From assembly GCA_963819375.1 (NCBI GenBank), contig CAWFVU010000002.1:430156-494155 (forward strand): a DNA stretch of 64,000 nucleotides, written 5' to 3'. The position numbers and the translations under genes were made by a program. This stretch comes from an uncultured Pseudomonadota bacterium. Its GTDB lineage: Bacteria > Myxococcota_A > Polyangia > Fen-1088. Positions 19,204 to 30,042 of this stretch are shown here, piece after piece (position 1 is the first letter of the stretch; every line of letters starts with the position of its first letter). The notes under the pieces were generated by a model. The model was not told where the DNA came from, ran no database searches, and saw nothing but the letters and a program-made list of their open reading frames with translations.

Positions 19204-21346
19204 ATGAGGGGACGTCGCACGTCGCGGGCTCGCGATCGCGAGCCTGGTCGCGGTGCTGAGCTGCCGCGAATCGGCCGGTCTGCACGGCGAAGGTGCGCCT
19301 GCGAGCAACGCCGGGGCTCCGCCTGCCGGCGGCCGGCGCCAGTCCCGGCGCCAAGACCGCCAGGCCACACCTCGCGCGCGGCTCGGTCTCCGAGGCCGAG
19401 GCGTTGAAGCCTCGACCGGATCTCCTGCCCGTCGAGCGGGCGCTGGTGGTGATCGGCGCCGCGCCCGGCGCAGCCGGGGCAAGCGGGCAGCTGGGCAGTC
19501 GGGGCAGCCGGCGCAGCCGGGGCAGCCCGCGCAGCAGTGGAAGAGCGCTGGATCGACGCCGAGGCGGCCGAGGCGGCCGGCTACACGCTGGTCGATCTCT
19601 CCGACGACGTGGACGCCGTACATCTTCGCCGAGCAGACCGGGCCCGACGGGCAGCCGCTCCCCAACCGCTACCGGCGGATCTTCATCGGCCTGGCCAACG
19701 ATCAGCTCGACGAGGACGGCGAGCCGCTGCCGCCGGGGTCGAAGAATTACCTCGAGCTCTACGGGATCTTCCCCTCGCTGTCGGTGCTGCGCGCGCGGTT
19801 CCTCGACGACGATCAGCACCCCTGCCAGGATCAGGAGAGCGCCGACGCGCTCGACGCCGTCGAGACGGTCACCTACGTCGCGCCGGCCGATCTCAAGAAG
19901 GACGAGCGCCACCTCTCGCGCATCCGCCAGGAGCTGGAAGAGGCGCGCAAGAAGGCGCACGCCGCGACGCTGGACGAGCTGGCGACGAAGCAGCCGGCCT
20001 ACGCCGCCAAGGTGAAGCTGATCGAGAAGCGCGCCGCGGAGAAGCCGGCCATGACCGCGGTCGAAAAGCGCCTCACCTGCGAGGGGCTCCTCGGCACCAG
20101 CGCCCGGACCTCGCACCACCAGGCCGGGATCTACGACGACGCCATGCGGATCGCCGTCCGGCGCTTCCAGCAGAAGCACATGATCTACGAGGCGAACTTC
20201 CTGCGCCGCAAGACGGTGGAGGCGCTGTCGCGCTCGCTCATCGACAACGACTACGACGCGTTGGTGCGCGCGCTGCGCGAGCGGGTGGTGTCGGCCGCGG
20301 AGATCGTCGAGGACGGCTCGACCTCCAAGGTGCGCAACCTGGTCGACGAGTACACCAAGGTGACGCTCGACCAGCTCGGCCTGACGGACGGCGCCGCGGC
20401 GCTGGCCTTCTTCAAGCGCCACGACAAGGAACGAGCTCAAGACGCTGCGGGTGGCGGTCAAGTTGCCGCCGCGTCCCGACTACTACGCGCCCGACATGGA
20501 CCTCTCGATCGTCGTCGATCGCGGCGACGTCTGGTACGACGTGCCGTTCGACGACAAGGGGCACTACAAGCCGCAGGCGCGCAAGAAGTACCCCTCGCTC
20601 ACGCTCTACAGCAAGGTGGGGGGCAAGCAGGTGGCGCTGGCGCGCTGGCGCACGACGATCGGCGGCTGGCGCGCCGATCAGGCCAGCAACGGCTACGAAT
20701 ACTTTCGCTACAAGGGCTCGGACATCGGCCCGCGCGTGATCCGCCACATCGTGTCGGGGCCGGTCTGGATCGCCCCGACGTCGACGCCGATACGCAGCTT
20801 GGTCAAAGGGAAGCTGGTCAACAGCAAGTGGATGAGCGTCGTCAACTACGACGAGCTCGGCCCCGGGTATCTCTCCGCCTACGGCCTCATCGCCGGCTAC
20901 TTCGTGGTGCCGGGGCAGAACGGCCACAACGACTTCGACAACGGCGTGCGCGCGCACGGCTCGTCGGACTACCTGTCGATCTACAGCGCCAACGGCTACT
21001 CGCACGGCTGCCACCGGCTGCCCAACCACCTGGCGATCCGCCTCTACTCCTTCATCCTGCAAGCACCGGCACATGAAGGTGGCCGGCGACCAGCCGATGG
21101 GCTTCACGCGGCAGTTCCTCTGGAAGAACACCGTCTACGAGATGCGGATCCCGTCGCGCGGCTACCTCTATGAGATGGATCCGCCCGTGCCGGTCAACGT
21201 GCTCGAGGGGAACATCATGGGCGACCAGAAGAAGCCGATCCTCGACTACGTCCCCGAGCCCTGGAACAAGTACCCGCCCGGGCCGCCGCCCCGCGGCGCC
21301 GACGACCGGCGACAAGGCCGGAGGAGGCAGCTGTTGCGGCGAGTAG
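19204..21346 (+). pseudogene. large lipoprotein L,D-transpeptidase (YkuD domain); seven +1 frame steps in this sequence
   Basis: MRGRRTSR / LAIASLVAVLSC (lipobox). Peptidoglycan-binding-like IYDDAMRIAVRRFQQKH. YkuD catalytic VRAHGSSDYLSIYSANGYSHGCHRL. The successive pieces sit in frames 1,2,0,1,2,0,1,2. The natural end ...PPPAAPTTGDKAGGGSCCGE* appears after removing one C of the run 21289-21292. Confidence 0.65.
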
Positions 21347-21804
21347 TCGCGAGGAGCGCGGGCGCGGCGATCATCGTCGGGCTGGTGATGTTCGCCTGGC
21401 GCCGTTTGCCCTCCACGCGGCCCGACGGCGGCGCCGCGCCCCCGGTCGGCGTGGCGGCTCCGGCGCCGCCGGCCGAGCCTTCGCCGAACGTGCGCATCGT
21501 CTTCACCATCGTTCCCTCCACCAAGAAGGCGATGGTCTTCTGGGGGAAGAAGCGCCTCGGCATCATCGCGCCGCACGCGCCGCTGATCATCACCCGCCCG
21601 CGCGACTCCGGCCCGCTCGACGTCGTCGTGAAGTCTGACGGCTACGTGACCGTCCAGACCCGCGCCTACACCTTCGCCGACAACAAGGTCGCCGTGAAGC
21701 TGACCGCGCTCGACGAGAAGAACACGCTGCTCGGCTACCGCGAGGAGCTCCCCCCCGACGGCGGCATGCCACCCGGCGGCGGTCCCGACGGCGGGATGCC
21801 GTAA
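21334..21804 (+). CDS. membrane-anchored PEGA-domain protein
   Basis: TTG 21334 lies 6 nt after GGAGGAGG. TM helix AGAAIIVGLVMFAW. PEGA-like VRIVFTIVPSTKKAMVFWGKKRLG...VVVKSDGYVTVQT. Pro/Gly tail. Confidence 0.5.
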   Translation: MRRVVARSAGAAIIVGLVMFAWRRLPSTRPDGGAAPPVGVAAPAPPAEPSPNVRIVFTIVPSTKKAMVFWGKKRLGIIAPHAPLIITRPRDSGPLDVVVKSDGYVTVQTRAYTFADNKVAVKLTALDEKNTLLGYREELPPDGGMPPGGGPDGGMP

Positions 21805-21812
21805 GCGAAGCT

Positions 21813-24125
21813 TCAGCGACCGCTGCAGACGAACAGCGTCGCGGAGAGCGGCGGCAAACGATAGGCGAGCTGATTGTCTTTGACGTCGGCATCCGGCAGC
21901 GACCGGATCTTGGGAGACGTGGCGTCGAAACCGAACACCTTCGCCTTGGCGTAGGCGCCCCCCTTGATGGCGATCTTCGCGTTGAAGATCGCGTGCTGCG
22001 CCTTGTTGATCACGAGGACGGTCAACGTACCCGGGTGCTTGGAGTCGACCGCGGCGAAGACGGAGGCCTTCTCGAGGTCGCCGGGCGCGGCGGCGACGGC
22101 GGTGTCGCCGTAGGCGCCCCCCTTGCCGTCGTAGTTCCGGTAGAGCTGAAAAGCCGCCTTGATGTAGCTCGGCAGGTGGTTGTTGCCGGCGCTGTCGCCC
22201 CAGTAGTTGGCCAGGTTGAGCCCCTCGCGCCCGAACACGCCGAGCGCGTCGGCCTGCGCGAGGCCGCCCGAGATGTGGTCGCCGGCGCCGAAGTTGTACT
22301 CGGTCATGGCCAGCTTGGTGCCGGGGTAGTGGGCGGCGATCTTCTCCTGCAGCCAGGGGATGAGGCGGATCGGCTTGCCGCCAAGGTCGCGGCGATCCAG
22401 CTCTTTTCGACGTAGCTCGGATCCCACAGGCTGCGCGGCGCCTGCACGCGCGCCTCGACGGTCTTGGGCGTGACGTCCTTCTCGGTGATTCGCTTGGCGC
22501 CGCGCGCCTCGGGGTACCAGTGGACGTCGAGCGCGTGAACCAGCCGCTGGTGGTGCTTGGCTTCGAGCTTCTTCATCGCGGCCAGGAAGAAGTCGAGGTA
22601 GGTCCCGTAGGTGGCGTTGTTCTCCTTGGCGTCGGGCGCGTCCTGCAGCGTCTTGTACTCGCTCCAGCCGTACGCGACCGCGCCGAGCACGAGGGCGCTC
22701 GGGTCGACCTTGAGCAGTCCGCTGGCGGTCGCCTCGGTGCGGGTCACCATCTCGGCGTAGGTCGGCTGGTCGGGGTGGACGCGCGGGTGCGTGCTCGGCC
22801 AGAGCGCCGGCTCGTTGTCGAGCGAGTAGAACCGGATCCCGCCGCCGGACGCCTTCCCGAGCTTGGTGACCAGCGCGTTCACGAACTCGTCCTCATAGAC
22901 GACGCCGTCGCCGAGATCGGGCGAGGCGGCGAAGGGGCCCGGCTTCTGCGCCATCGATTTGTCCCAACGCTTGCTGGGCGCCTTGTCGGCCTCGTGGACG
23001 GCGCCGCGCTTGTCGGCGGTGACGTAGTCGACCATCGGCACGGTGGCCACCGTCTCCATCCCCGCCTCGCGGTTCGCCCGCGCGAAGTCGAGGAACTGGG
23101 CGCCGGGGACGTCGCAGTCGTGGTAGCCGAGCACCGTGCAGGCCCACCCGTCGCTCGAGTGGTTGTAGTCGCTGCCGGCGTTGGAGGCGTTGAGCTCCCA
23201 GTTGTAGGCGGTCTGCCGGTTGCCGCCCATGCGCCGCACCGTCGCGCCGGCGCCCTCGGCCGGCTGCGAGTTGATGCCGTAGACGTAGGGGCTGATGTGG
23301 CGGAGCACCTCGCCGGTCTTGATGGCGATCGGCAGGTCGCCGCCCTCGGCGGGGGGAAGCGCGGCCTGCGCGGCGGCGGTCGCCTTGGCGGTGGTGGCGG
23401 CGTCGCGCTCGCGCTTGCGATCGGCGTTCTGCGTGCTCGGCAGCGACCAGAACGCGATCTGCTTGCCGAAGCTCTCCACCTTGACGCCGCCGAGCTCGAT
23501 CGTCTGCGGGTCGTAGCCGAGGCGGAAGATGACGTGCGCCTCGCCGGCCGCGTAGGCGCGCGCCGCCTTGAAGCGGACCTGCGACCTTCGATCCAGACGG
23601 CGGCCGCCTGCACCGGGTACTGGACCGACTTCGGGAAGGGGGAGCCGTTCAGCTCGAACACGAACTCCGTCTCGCCGACGCCCCCCTCCTGCGGCGTCTC
23701 GCGTGCGCAGGAAGAACGTCGCCAGGATCGCGTCGCCGCGCTCGATGGGCGCGGCGTTCTCCGCCACCAGCTGCACCGCCCACTCGTGCCCCGAGCCCTC
23801 CTTGATCGACGCGCGGACGGCGTCGGTGAACGGCTGGCCGGTCACGGCGATCGGCGCGACGTCGACCTTCTGCACCTCGCCCTCGAGCTTGAACGCGGCG
23901 ACGCCGGCGCCACCGAGCAGGTCGACGCGCGGCAGGCCGGCGATGCGCTCGTCGTCGGCGACGGTGGGCGGGGCAGGGGACGAGGCAGCGGACGGGGCTG
24001 CGGTTGCCGGGCGACGGCGGCGCGGCGGGCGCGCCCGCGGGCGACGTCGCGGCGGGAATGACGCACGCACCGACGGAGAAGCCGAGGCCCAGGAGCGCGA
24101 TCTGCCCGGCGACGTTTCTTCGCAT
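21813..24125 (-). pseudogene. GH44 endoglucanase/xyloglucanase lipoprotein with N-terminal CBM-like domain; four frame breaks
   Basis: Lipoprotein signal MRRNVAGQIALLGLGFSVGAC (24125). GH44 motifs RRMGGNRQTAYNWE, FYSLDNEPALW, LAMTEYNFG. Breaks at about 24010 (+), 23703 (+), 23580 (-) and 22390 (-). Confidence 0.8.
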
Positions 24126-24208
24126 GGGCGCGGCAGGTTAGCCAATTCGCACTTTCCGGCAAAGCTGCGCGGCGGCCTTCGAGCGGGGCTGAGGTATGGT
24201 CCGCGCTC

Positions 24209-26586
24209 ATGAGCCGCCGCCCCAACGTGCACGCGAGGGTGCTTGCGAAGGTGGTGCTTGCCGCGAGCCTGGCGCTGCTGGTCTGGTTCGAGACAGGCGG
24301 TTACCAGGCCAAGGCGACGTCGACCGGCCGCCGGCTTACCGCGATCCGAAGCTCCCGGTCGACAAGCGGGTCGCCGATCTGCTCAAGCGGATGACGCTGG
24401 CCGAGAAGGTCGCGCAGCTCGGCGCGGTCAACTGGGACAAGAACCAGCTCGACGATCCCAAGACGCACGAGCTGTCGCCGGCGTCGGCCGAGAAGCTGCT
24501 GCGCGAAGGCATCGGCGAGATCACGCGGCCGGGCGATCGCCACGACGCCCGCGGCGCGGTCGCCTTCGCCAACGCCATCCAGAAGTTCCTGGTCGAAAAG
24601 ACGCGCCTGGGGATCCCGGCGCTCTTGCATGAAGAGGCGCTGCACGGCCTCGTCGCGCCCGGCGGTACCAGCTTCCCGCAGGCGATCGGCCTGGCGGCGA
24701 CGTTCGATCCGGAGCTGGTCGAGCAGATCTTCACGGTGGCGGCGCGCCAGGCGCGGGCGCGCGGCGTGCAGCACGTGCTGGCCCCCGTCATCGACGTCGC
24801 GCGCGATCCGCGCTGGGGGCGCATCGAGGAGACCTACGGCGAGGACCCCTACCTGGTCACCCGGCATGGGCGTCGCGGCCATCCATGGATTTCAGGGGCG
24901 CCAGGCGGCCGGCGCGCCGATCGACGCGCAGCACGTGCTGGCGACCGCCAAGCACTTCACCGCGCACGGAACGCCCGAAGGGGGGCGCAACACCGCGCCG
25001 GGGAACTACTCGGCGCACGTCATCCGCGAGGTCTTCCTGCCGCCGTTCGAGGCGGCCGTGCGCGAGGCGAACGTGGCGACGGTGATGGCGAGCTACAACG
25101 AGCTCGACGGGATCCCGTCGCACGCGAACCACTGGCTGTTGACGGAGCTCCTGCGCGGCGAATGGAAGTTCCCCGGCCTGGTCGTCTCCGACTACTTCGG
25201 CATCGCCGAGCTCGAGCGCAAGCACCACGTGGTCGCGACGCTCCCCGAGGCGGGGCGCGCGGCGCTGGAGGCGGGCGTCGATCTCGAGGTGCCGCAGATC
25301 GAAGGGTTCGCCACGCTGGCCGCGGACGTGAAGGCGGGGACGCCTGCCGATCGCCGCCATCGACCAGGCGGTGGCGCGCGTCCTGCGCGCGAAGTTCCTG
25401 CTCGGCCTGTTCGAACATCCCTACGTCGACGCGAACCCCGAAGCTGGAGCGTCCCGCCGATCGCGCGCTGGCGCGCCGCGCCGCCGACGAGGCGATCGTG
25501 CTCCTGAAGAACGAGCGCAACTTGCTGCCGCTCGATCCCGACGCGGCTCAAGTCGATCGCCGTCATCGGCCCCAACGCGGCGGTCACGCGGCTCGGCGGC
25601 TACAGCGGCGCCGCCGACGCGTCCGGTCAGCGTCGTCGAGGGCCTGCGCGCGCGGCTCGGCGACAAGGTCAAGGTGACCACCGCGCCCGGCTGCGGCCTC
25701 ACCGTCGGCAACCGCGGCTGGGCCGACGACGTCGTCGAGCTGCTCGAGCCGGCCGACGACGCGCGGCTCACCGCCGAGGCGGCCAAGGTCGCCGCGGCCG
25801 CCGACGTCGTGCTGCTGGTGCTCGGCCAGAACGAGCAGCTCTCGCGCGAGGGGTGGGCCGACAACCACCAGGGCGATCGAACGTCGCTGGATCTCCCCGG
25901 CAAGCAGATGGAGCTGGCGCGCGCGGTGCTGGCCACCGGCCGCCCGACGGTGCTGTTGTTGATCCACGGCAGCCCGCTGACGATCCCCGAGCTGGCGCAG
26001 ACTGTGCCGGCGATCCTCGACGGCTTCTATCTGGGCGAAGAGACCGGCACGGCGGTCGCCGACGTGCTGTTCGGCGACGTCAGCCCGGCCGGGCGCCTGC
26101 CGGTCAGCGTGCCGCGCGCGATCGGGACGATCCCCGCCTACTACGACTACAAGCCGTCGGCGCGGCGGCTCTACCTCTTCGAGCAGCCGGGGCCGCAATG
26201 GCCGTTCGGTTACGGTCTGTCGTACACGACGTTCAAATACGACAACCTGGCGGTGAAGCCGGAGAAGATCGCCCCCGACGGCAAGACGACCGTCGCGGTG
26301 ACGGTCACCAACAGCGGCAAGCGCGCCTCCGACGAGGTCGTGCAGCTCTACATCCACGACGTCGTCAGCTCGGTCACCCGGCCGGTGCAAGAGCTGAAGG
26401 GCTTCCGGCGGATCCACCTCGCCCCGGGCGAGTCGAAGCAGGTCGACGTTCCCGCTCGGCTTCGACGAGCTGTCCTTCTACGACGTGAAGATGAAGCGCG
26501 TCGTCGAGCCTGGGCGCTTCGAGGTGATGGTCGGCGGCAGCTCCGACAACGTGAAGAAGGTGACCCTCGACGTCACTGCCCGCTGA
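24209..26586 (+). pseudogene. GH3 beta-glucosidase, seven frame breaks
   Basis: Signal MSRRPNVHARVLAKVVLAASLALLV. GH3 motifs MTLAEKVAQL, LHEEALHG, VIDVARDPRWGRIEETYGEDP, KHFTAHG, LVVSDYFGI (nucleophile Asp), VLLLIHGSPL, FPFGYGLSYTTF, and a fibronectin-like end ...FEVMVGGSSDNVKKVTLDVTAR*. The pieces sit in frames 2,1,2,0,1,2,0,1. Confidence 0.85.
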
Positions 26587-26588
26587 CG

Positions 26589-27938
26589 CTACGGCCCGCC
26601 CGAGACCGGCCAGCCGTTCGCGTCCCAGGCGATCTCGGAGATGCGCAGCGTGGCGGCGCCGCTCGAGCTCCCCTTGAGCGCGTGGTAAATGTTGTAGGTC
26701 TTGTTGTTGTAGGTGATGACCGCGTTGTGGCCGGGGGCGACCCAGCTGGTGTTGCCCGTCACCAGCAGCGTGCCGCCGCCTTTCATGAGGTCCGTGCCCG
26801 CCTGGTCGACGTAGGGTCCGGTCACCGTCGTCGAACGGCCGACGCGGATGTTGTAGTCGTAGGCGCCGCTGCAGCAGGAGCCCCACGAGGAGAACAGGTA
26901 GTAGTAGCCGCAGCGCTTGAACACCCAGCCGCCCTCGAGGCTCCCCTTGGAGTTCGCCCCGTTCGCGACGGAGTAGAGCATCGTGTCGGCGCGGAGGCCG
27001 GTCGAGGCGTCCAGCTTGACCATCTTGAGCCCGCTCCAGAAGCTCCCGAACTCGAGCCAGGGGGTTCCGGCGTCGTCGACGACGACGTTCGGGTCGATGG
27101 CGTTCCAGTTGTCGGTCTCGCCCATGTTCGAGCAGAGCACCTGCCCCTGGTCGGCCCAGCTGCCGCTGTCGAGCGCAGCACGGGTCGCCTGCCCGATGCA
27201 CGACTTGTTGCTGCCGAACGTCGAGGCCGCGTAATAGAGGTGATAGACGCCGCCGAAGAACGAGATGTCCGGCGCCCAGAGGTTGGTCGCCCCCGTGGCC
27301 GTCGCGGCCCAGGAGGGCAGCGCGAGCGGCGTGGCGGCGTTGTTCCAGGTCGTCAGGTTGGTGGACGTCTTGCCGATGAGGCCTGTCGCCGCGAGGTAGA
27401 TCGTGCTGCCGAGGACGTACGCCGCCGGATCGTGCGCGCCCAGGCTGCCCGACAGCGTGAGCGGCTGCGGTGGATTGCTGGCGTCGTACGCAGCGCCGGG
27501 GCAGGACATCGCGCCGCCGCTGCCGCCCGTGCCGGTCGTCCCCCCCGTGCCGGTCGCGCCTGAGGAGCCACCTTGGCCCTTGCCCCCGGTGCCGCCGGTG
27601 CCCGTCGCGCCGCCCGTCGCACGCGCGCCGCCCGCGCCGCCCGTTCCGCGGGCGCCGGCCGAACCGCCCGTGCCGGTCGCGCCGCCGGTCGTGGTCGTGC
27701 CGCCAGTTCCGCTGACGCCGCCCGTGCTCGTGGCGCCGCCCGTTCCCACGACGCCGCCCGTGCCGACCGCACCGCCGGTGCTCGTGGCCCCGCCGGCTCC
27801 AGTCTCACCGCCGGTGCTCGTGGCGCCGCCGGTGCCCGTCGTGGCGCCGCCGGTTCCGCTCTCGCCGCCGGTCCCCGATTGCCCGCAGCCGAGGAGCGCA
27901 CTCATTGCCAGCAAGGCGATCGTCCTGCGAGTTTTCAT
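26589..27938 (-). CDS. GH43 endo-1,5-alpha-L-arabinanase lipoprotein
   Basis: MKTRRTIALLAMSALLGC lipobox, GT-rich linker. AHDPAAY, NLWAPDISFF, NAIDPNVVVD, LEGGWVFKRCGYYYLFSSWGSCC. The start overlaps the upstream stop (ATGA). Confidence 0.9.
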   Translation of the reverse strand: MKTRRTIALLAMSALLGCGQSGTGGESGTGGATTGTGGATSTGGETGAGGATSTGGAVGTGGVVGTGGATSTGGVSGTGGTTTTGGATGTGGSAGARGTGGAGGARATGGATGTGGTGGKGQGGSSGATGTGGTTGTGGSGGAMSCPGAAYDASNPPQPLTLSGSLGAHDPAAYVLGSTIYLAATGLIGKTSTNLTTWNNAATPLALPSWAATATGATNLWAPDISFFGGVYHLYYAASTFGSNKSCIGQATRAALDSGSWADQGQVLCSNMGETDNWNAIDPNVVVDDAGTPWLEFGSFWSGLKMVKLDASTGLRADTMLYSVANGANSKGSLEGGWVFKRCGYYYLFSSWGSCCSGAYDYNIRVGRSTTVTGPYVDQAGTDLMKGGGTLLVTGNTSWVAPGHNAVITYNNKTYNIYHALKGSSSGAATLRISEIAWDANGWPVSGGP

Positions 27939-29857
27939 GATCCCGTCCTCACGAAGGTAAAGTCGTCGAGCGTGACCGACTGGTTTGCGGCGGCCGTGGT
28001 GGTGACGCCGATCTGGCAGGTCCCGTTCGTCACGGCGATGCCGGTGATCGACACCTGGGTGAACCCCGTCATCGCCTTGGTCAGCGACGCGTCCTTCTCG
28101 CTGCCGCCGTATCCCTTGGCGTAGAGGTTGGCGGTCGTCTGGCCGCCCGAGCTCTTGGCCCAGACCGACAGCGTGTACGTCCCGTTCGGCAGGCTCGCCA
28201 CCGCCTGGTTCAGCGTCGCCTGGTAGGCGGCGGTGTCGGTCAGCTGCCAGCTCCAGTTTCCGGTGTGGCCGCCGGAGACGTTGGTGTAGGGGGTGCCGCT
28301 GCCCGTCGTGGTGGTGGTCCAGCCGGCCGGCTGGGTCATCGCCACGCGGTCGGCCTCGAAGCTGGGGTTGAGCGCGTAGTTGTTGTCGGGCCCGACGGTC
28401 CAGGTGCCGGCCGCGGCGTTCGGCGACCACTCGGAGACCGACTGCATCGTCGGCGTCGTGCCGCTGAACGACAGCGGGCACCACTCGTTGTAGCCGATTC
28501 CGTTGCCGGCGAAGTCGCTCCAGCGATCGCCGGCGAAGATGACCGTCGTGCCGGTGGTCCCTTTGACAGTGATGAAGAAGCCCGTCTGCGAGACGTGGCT
28601 GAAGTCGTTGTCGGTGTTGCCGATGACCCCCTCGGCGCCGTAGGGGCCCATGATGTTGGTCGCCGCGATGTAGTAGCTGTGCGAGGCGTTCCAGCCGTGC
28701 AGATCCGACGAGCAGAAGTAGTAGCTGCCGTTGTACTTGAACATCGTGTTTCCTTCGCGCCCCGCGCCGCCGAAGATGCGCGTGGCCGCGTCGATGCTCA
28801 GCGAATCGGAGGCGTGCACAGGCGCGACGTAGAGGTTGCTGCGGCCGCTGCTCGAGGAGCAGATGAGGTAGGACTTGCCGTCGTCGTCGGTGAAGATCGT
28901 CTGGTCGCCGGTGGTCATGTTGGCGACGTTGGTGACCACGGCCTGAATGTGATCGAAGGCGAACGTCCCGGTCGGCGTGTCGCTGGTGGCGAACAGCTCG
29001 CCGGTCCCCGCCGGACCACCCTGGTACTGCGAGATGAGAACGTACTTCTTGGTGTTGGCGTTGTAGACGACGCCCAGGCGGCCGATCCAGGTCCCCGAAT
29101 CGACGTTGCTGCCGAGGCTGGCGGTGGTGAGGACGTCGTTCTCGTGCTTCCAGGTGACGAGATCCGTCGACGAGTAGCAGGTGATCGCGGCGAAGCTGGT
29201 GTCGCTGTTCTTCTTGGTGTTGGCGGCGTAGCTGACGGCGCCGTTGTACTTCACGCCGTACCAGTAGTACGTGCCGTTGAACATGAAGACGCCGCCGCCC
29301 TGCGAGTAGATCGGCGTGCCGGAGGTGTCCTTCCAGAAGGTGTCGTTGTGAATGAGCGCGCCGGCGCTGGAGGTCCCGCCGGTGCCGGGCGTTCCGCCAG
29401 TCCCAGGCGTGCCGCCGGTCGCGGAGGCCCCGCCGCTCCCGGGCGTACCGCCGGTTCCTGGGGTCCCGCCGGTTCCCGAGGCGCCTGCGTGGCCTGCGGC
29501 GCCCCCGCTGCCGCTCGCGCCGGCGCGTCCGCCGCCCGCGCCGCCGCCCGTGGCGCTGCTGCCGCCCGTGCTGCCTCCCGCTCCGATGCCGCTGCCGCCA
29601 GACCCGCCGCTGGCGGTCGCACCGCCGGTTCCCGTCGTGCCACCCGAGCCGGTCACCCCACCGCTCCCCGGCGATCCACCCGTCGCGCTGGCTCCGCCCG
29701 ACCCGCCGCCTTCGCCGGTTTGCCCGCCGGTGCCCCCGGTCGAGCTGGACCCGGAGCTGCCGCAACCGACCGAGAGGAGCGCCAGGCCGACCGCGAGCAA
29801 CGCCACCGACGGGGGCCACGAAGCGAGTCGATGCCAGGGGTAGGGGCGGGTGTGCAT
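27935..29857 (-). CDS. GH43-family hydrolase lipoprotein with C-terminal carbohydrate-binding module
   Basis: Lipobox LLSVGC, linker. Five-bladed-propeller motifs GGGVFMFNGTYYWYG, TGDQTIFTDDDGKSYL, REGNTMFKYNGSYYFCSS. C-terminal jelly-roll NPSFEADR...GTYTLSVWAKSS...VTLDDFTF. Confidence 0.85.
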   Translation of the reverse strand: MHTRPYPWHRLASWPPSVALLAVGLALLSVGCGSSGSSSTGGTGGQTGEGGGSGGASATGGSPGSGGVTGSGGTTGTGGATASGGSGGSGIGAGGSTGGSSATGGGAGGGRAGASGSGGAAGHAGASGTGGTPGTGGTPGSGGASATGGTPGTGGTPGTGGTSSAGALIHNDTFWKDTSGTPIYSQGGGVFMFNGTYYWYGVKYNGAVSYAANTKKNSDTSFAAITCYSSTDLVTWKHENDVLTTASLGSNVDSGTWIGRLGVVYNANTKKYVLISQYQGGPAGTGELFATSDTPTGTFAFDHIQAVVTNVANMTTGDQTIFTDDDGKSYLICSSSSGRSNLYVAPVHASDSLSIDAATRIFGGAGREGNTMFKYNGSYYFCSSDLHGWNASHSYYIAATNIMGPYGAEGVIGNTDNDFSHVSQTGFFITVKGTTGTTVIFAGDRWSDFAGNGIGYNEWCPLSFSGTTPTMQSVSEWSPNAAAGTWTVGPDNNYALNPSFEADRVAMTQPAGWTTTTTGSGTPYTNVSGGHTGNWSWQLTDTAAYQATLNQAVASLPNGTYTLSVWAKSSGGQTTANLYAKGYGGSEKDASLTKAMTGFTQVSITGIAVTNGTCQIGVTTTAAANQSVTLDDFTFVRTGS

Positions 29858-30042
29858 GGATGGTCCCTTCAGTGAAGCAAAGGGGCCGGGAGGCAGAATC
29901 TGTGCGTCCTGGTTTCCGGAGCGAGCACTATTGCTTCGGCCGCCGATCCCGCAAAGAGCCCGTCTCGTAGGCGCTTTTGTACAGCAGGGGTGGTACTATT
30001 TCCGGACTATCTTATGTGGACTGCTTTAGGCGGACAGGACGA

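Noticed and set aside
27403-27960. Pro/Val-rich ORFs (PPVPVVPPV...) at 3623..3940, 8696..9184, 27403..27960, 29352..29843, 30066..30524, 42452..42961 and 45778..46278. They might suggest extensin-like or proline-rich proteins.
   Set aside because: All are the exact antisense of the Gly/Thr linker-coding repeats (GGN-ACN read backwards gives CCN-GTN). They start and stop with the linkers.
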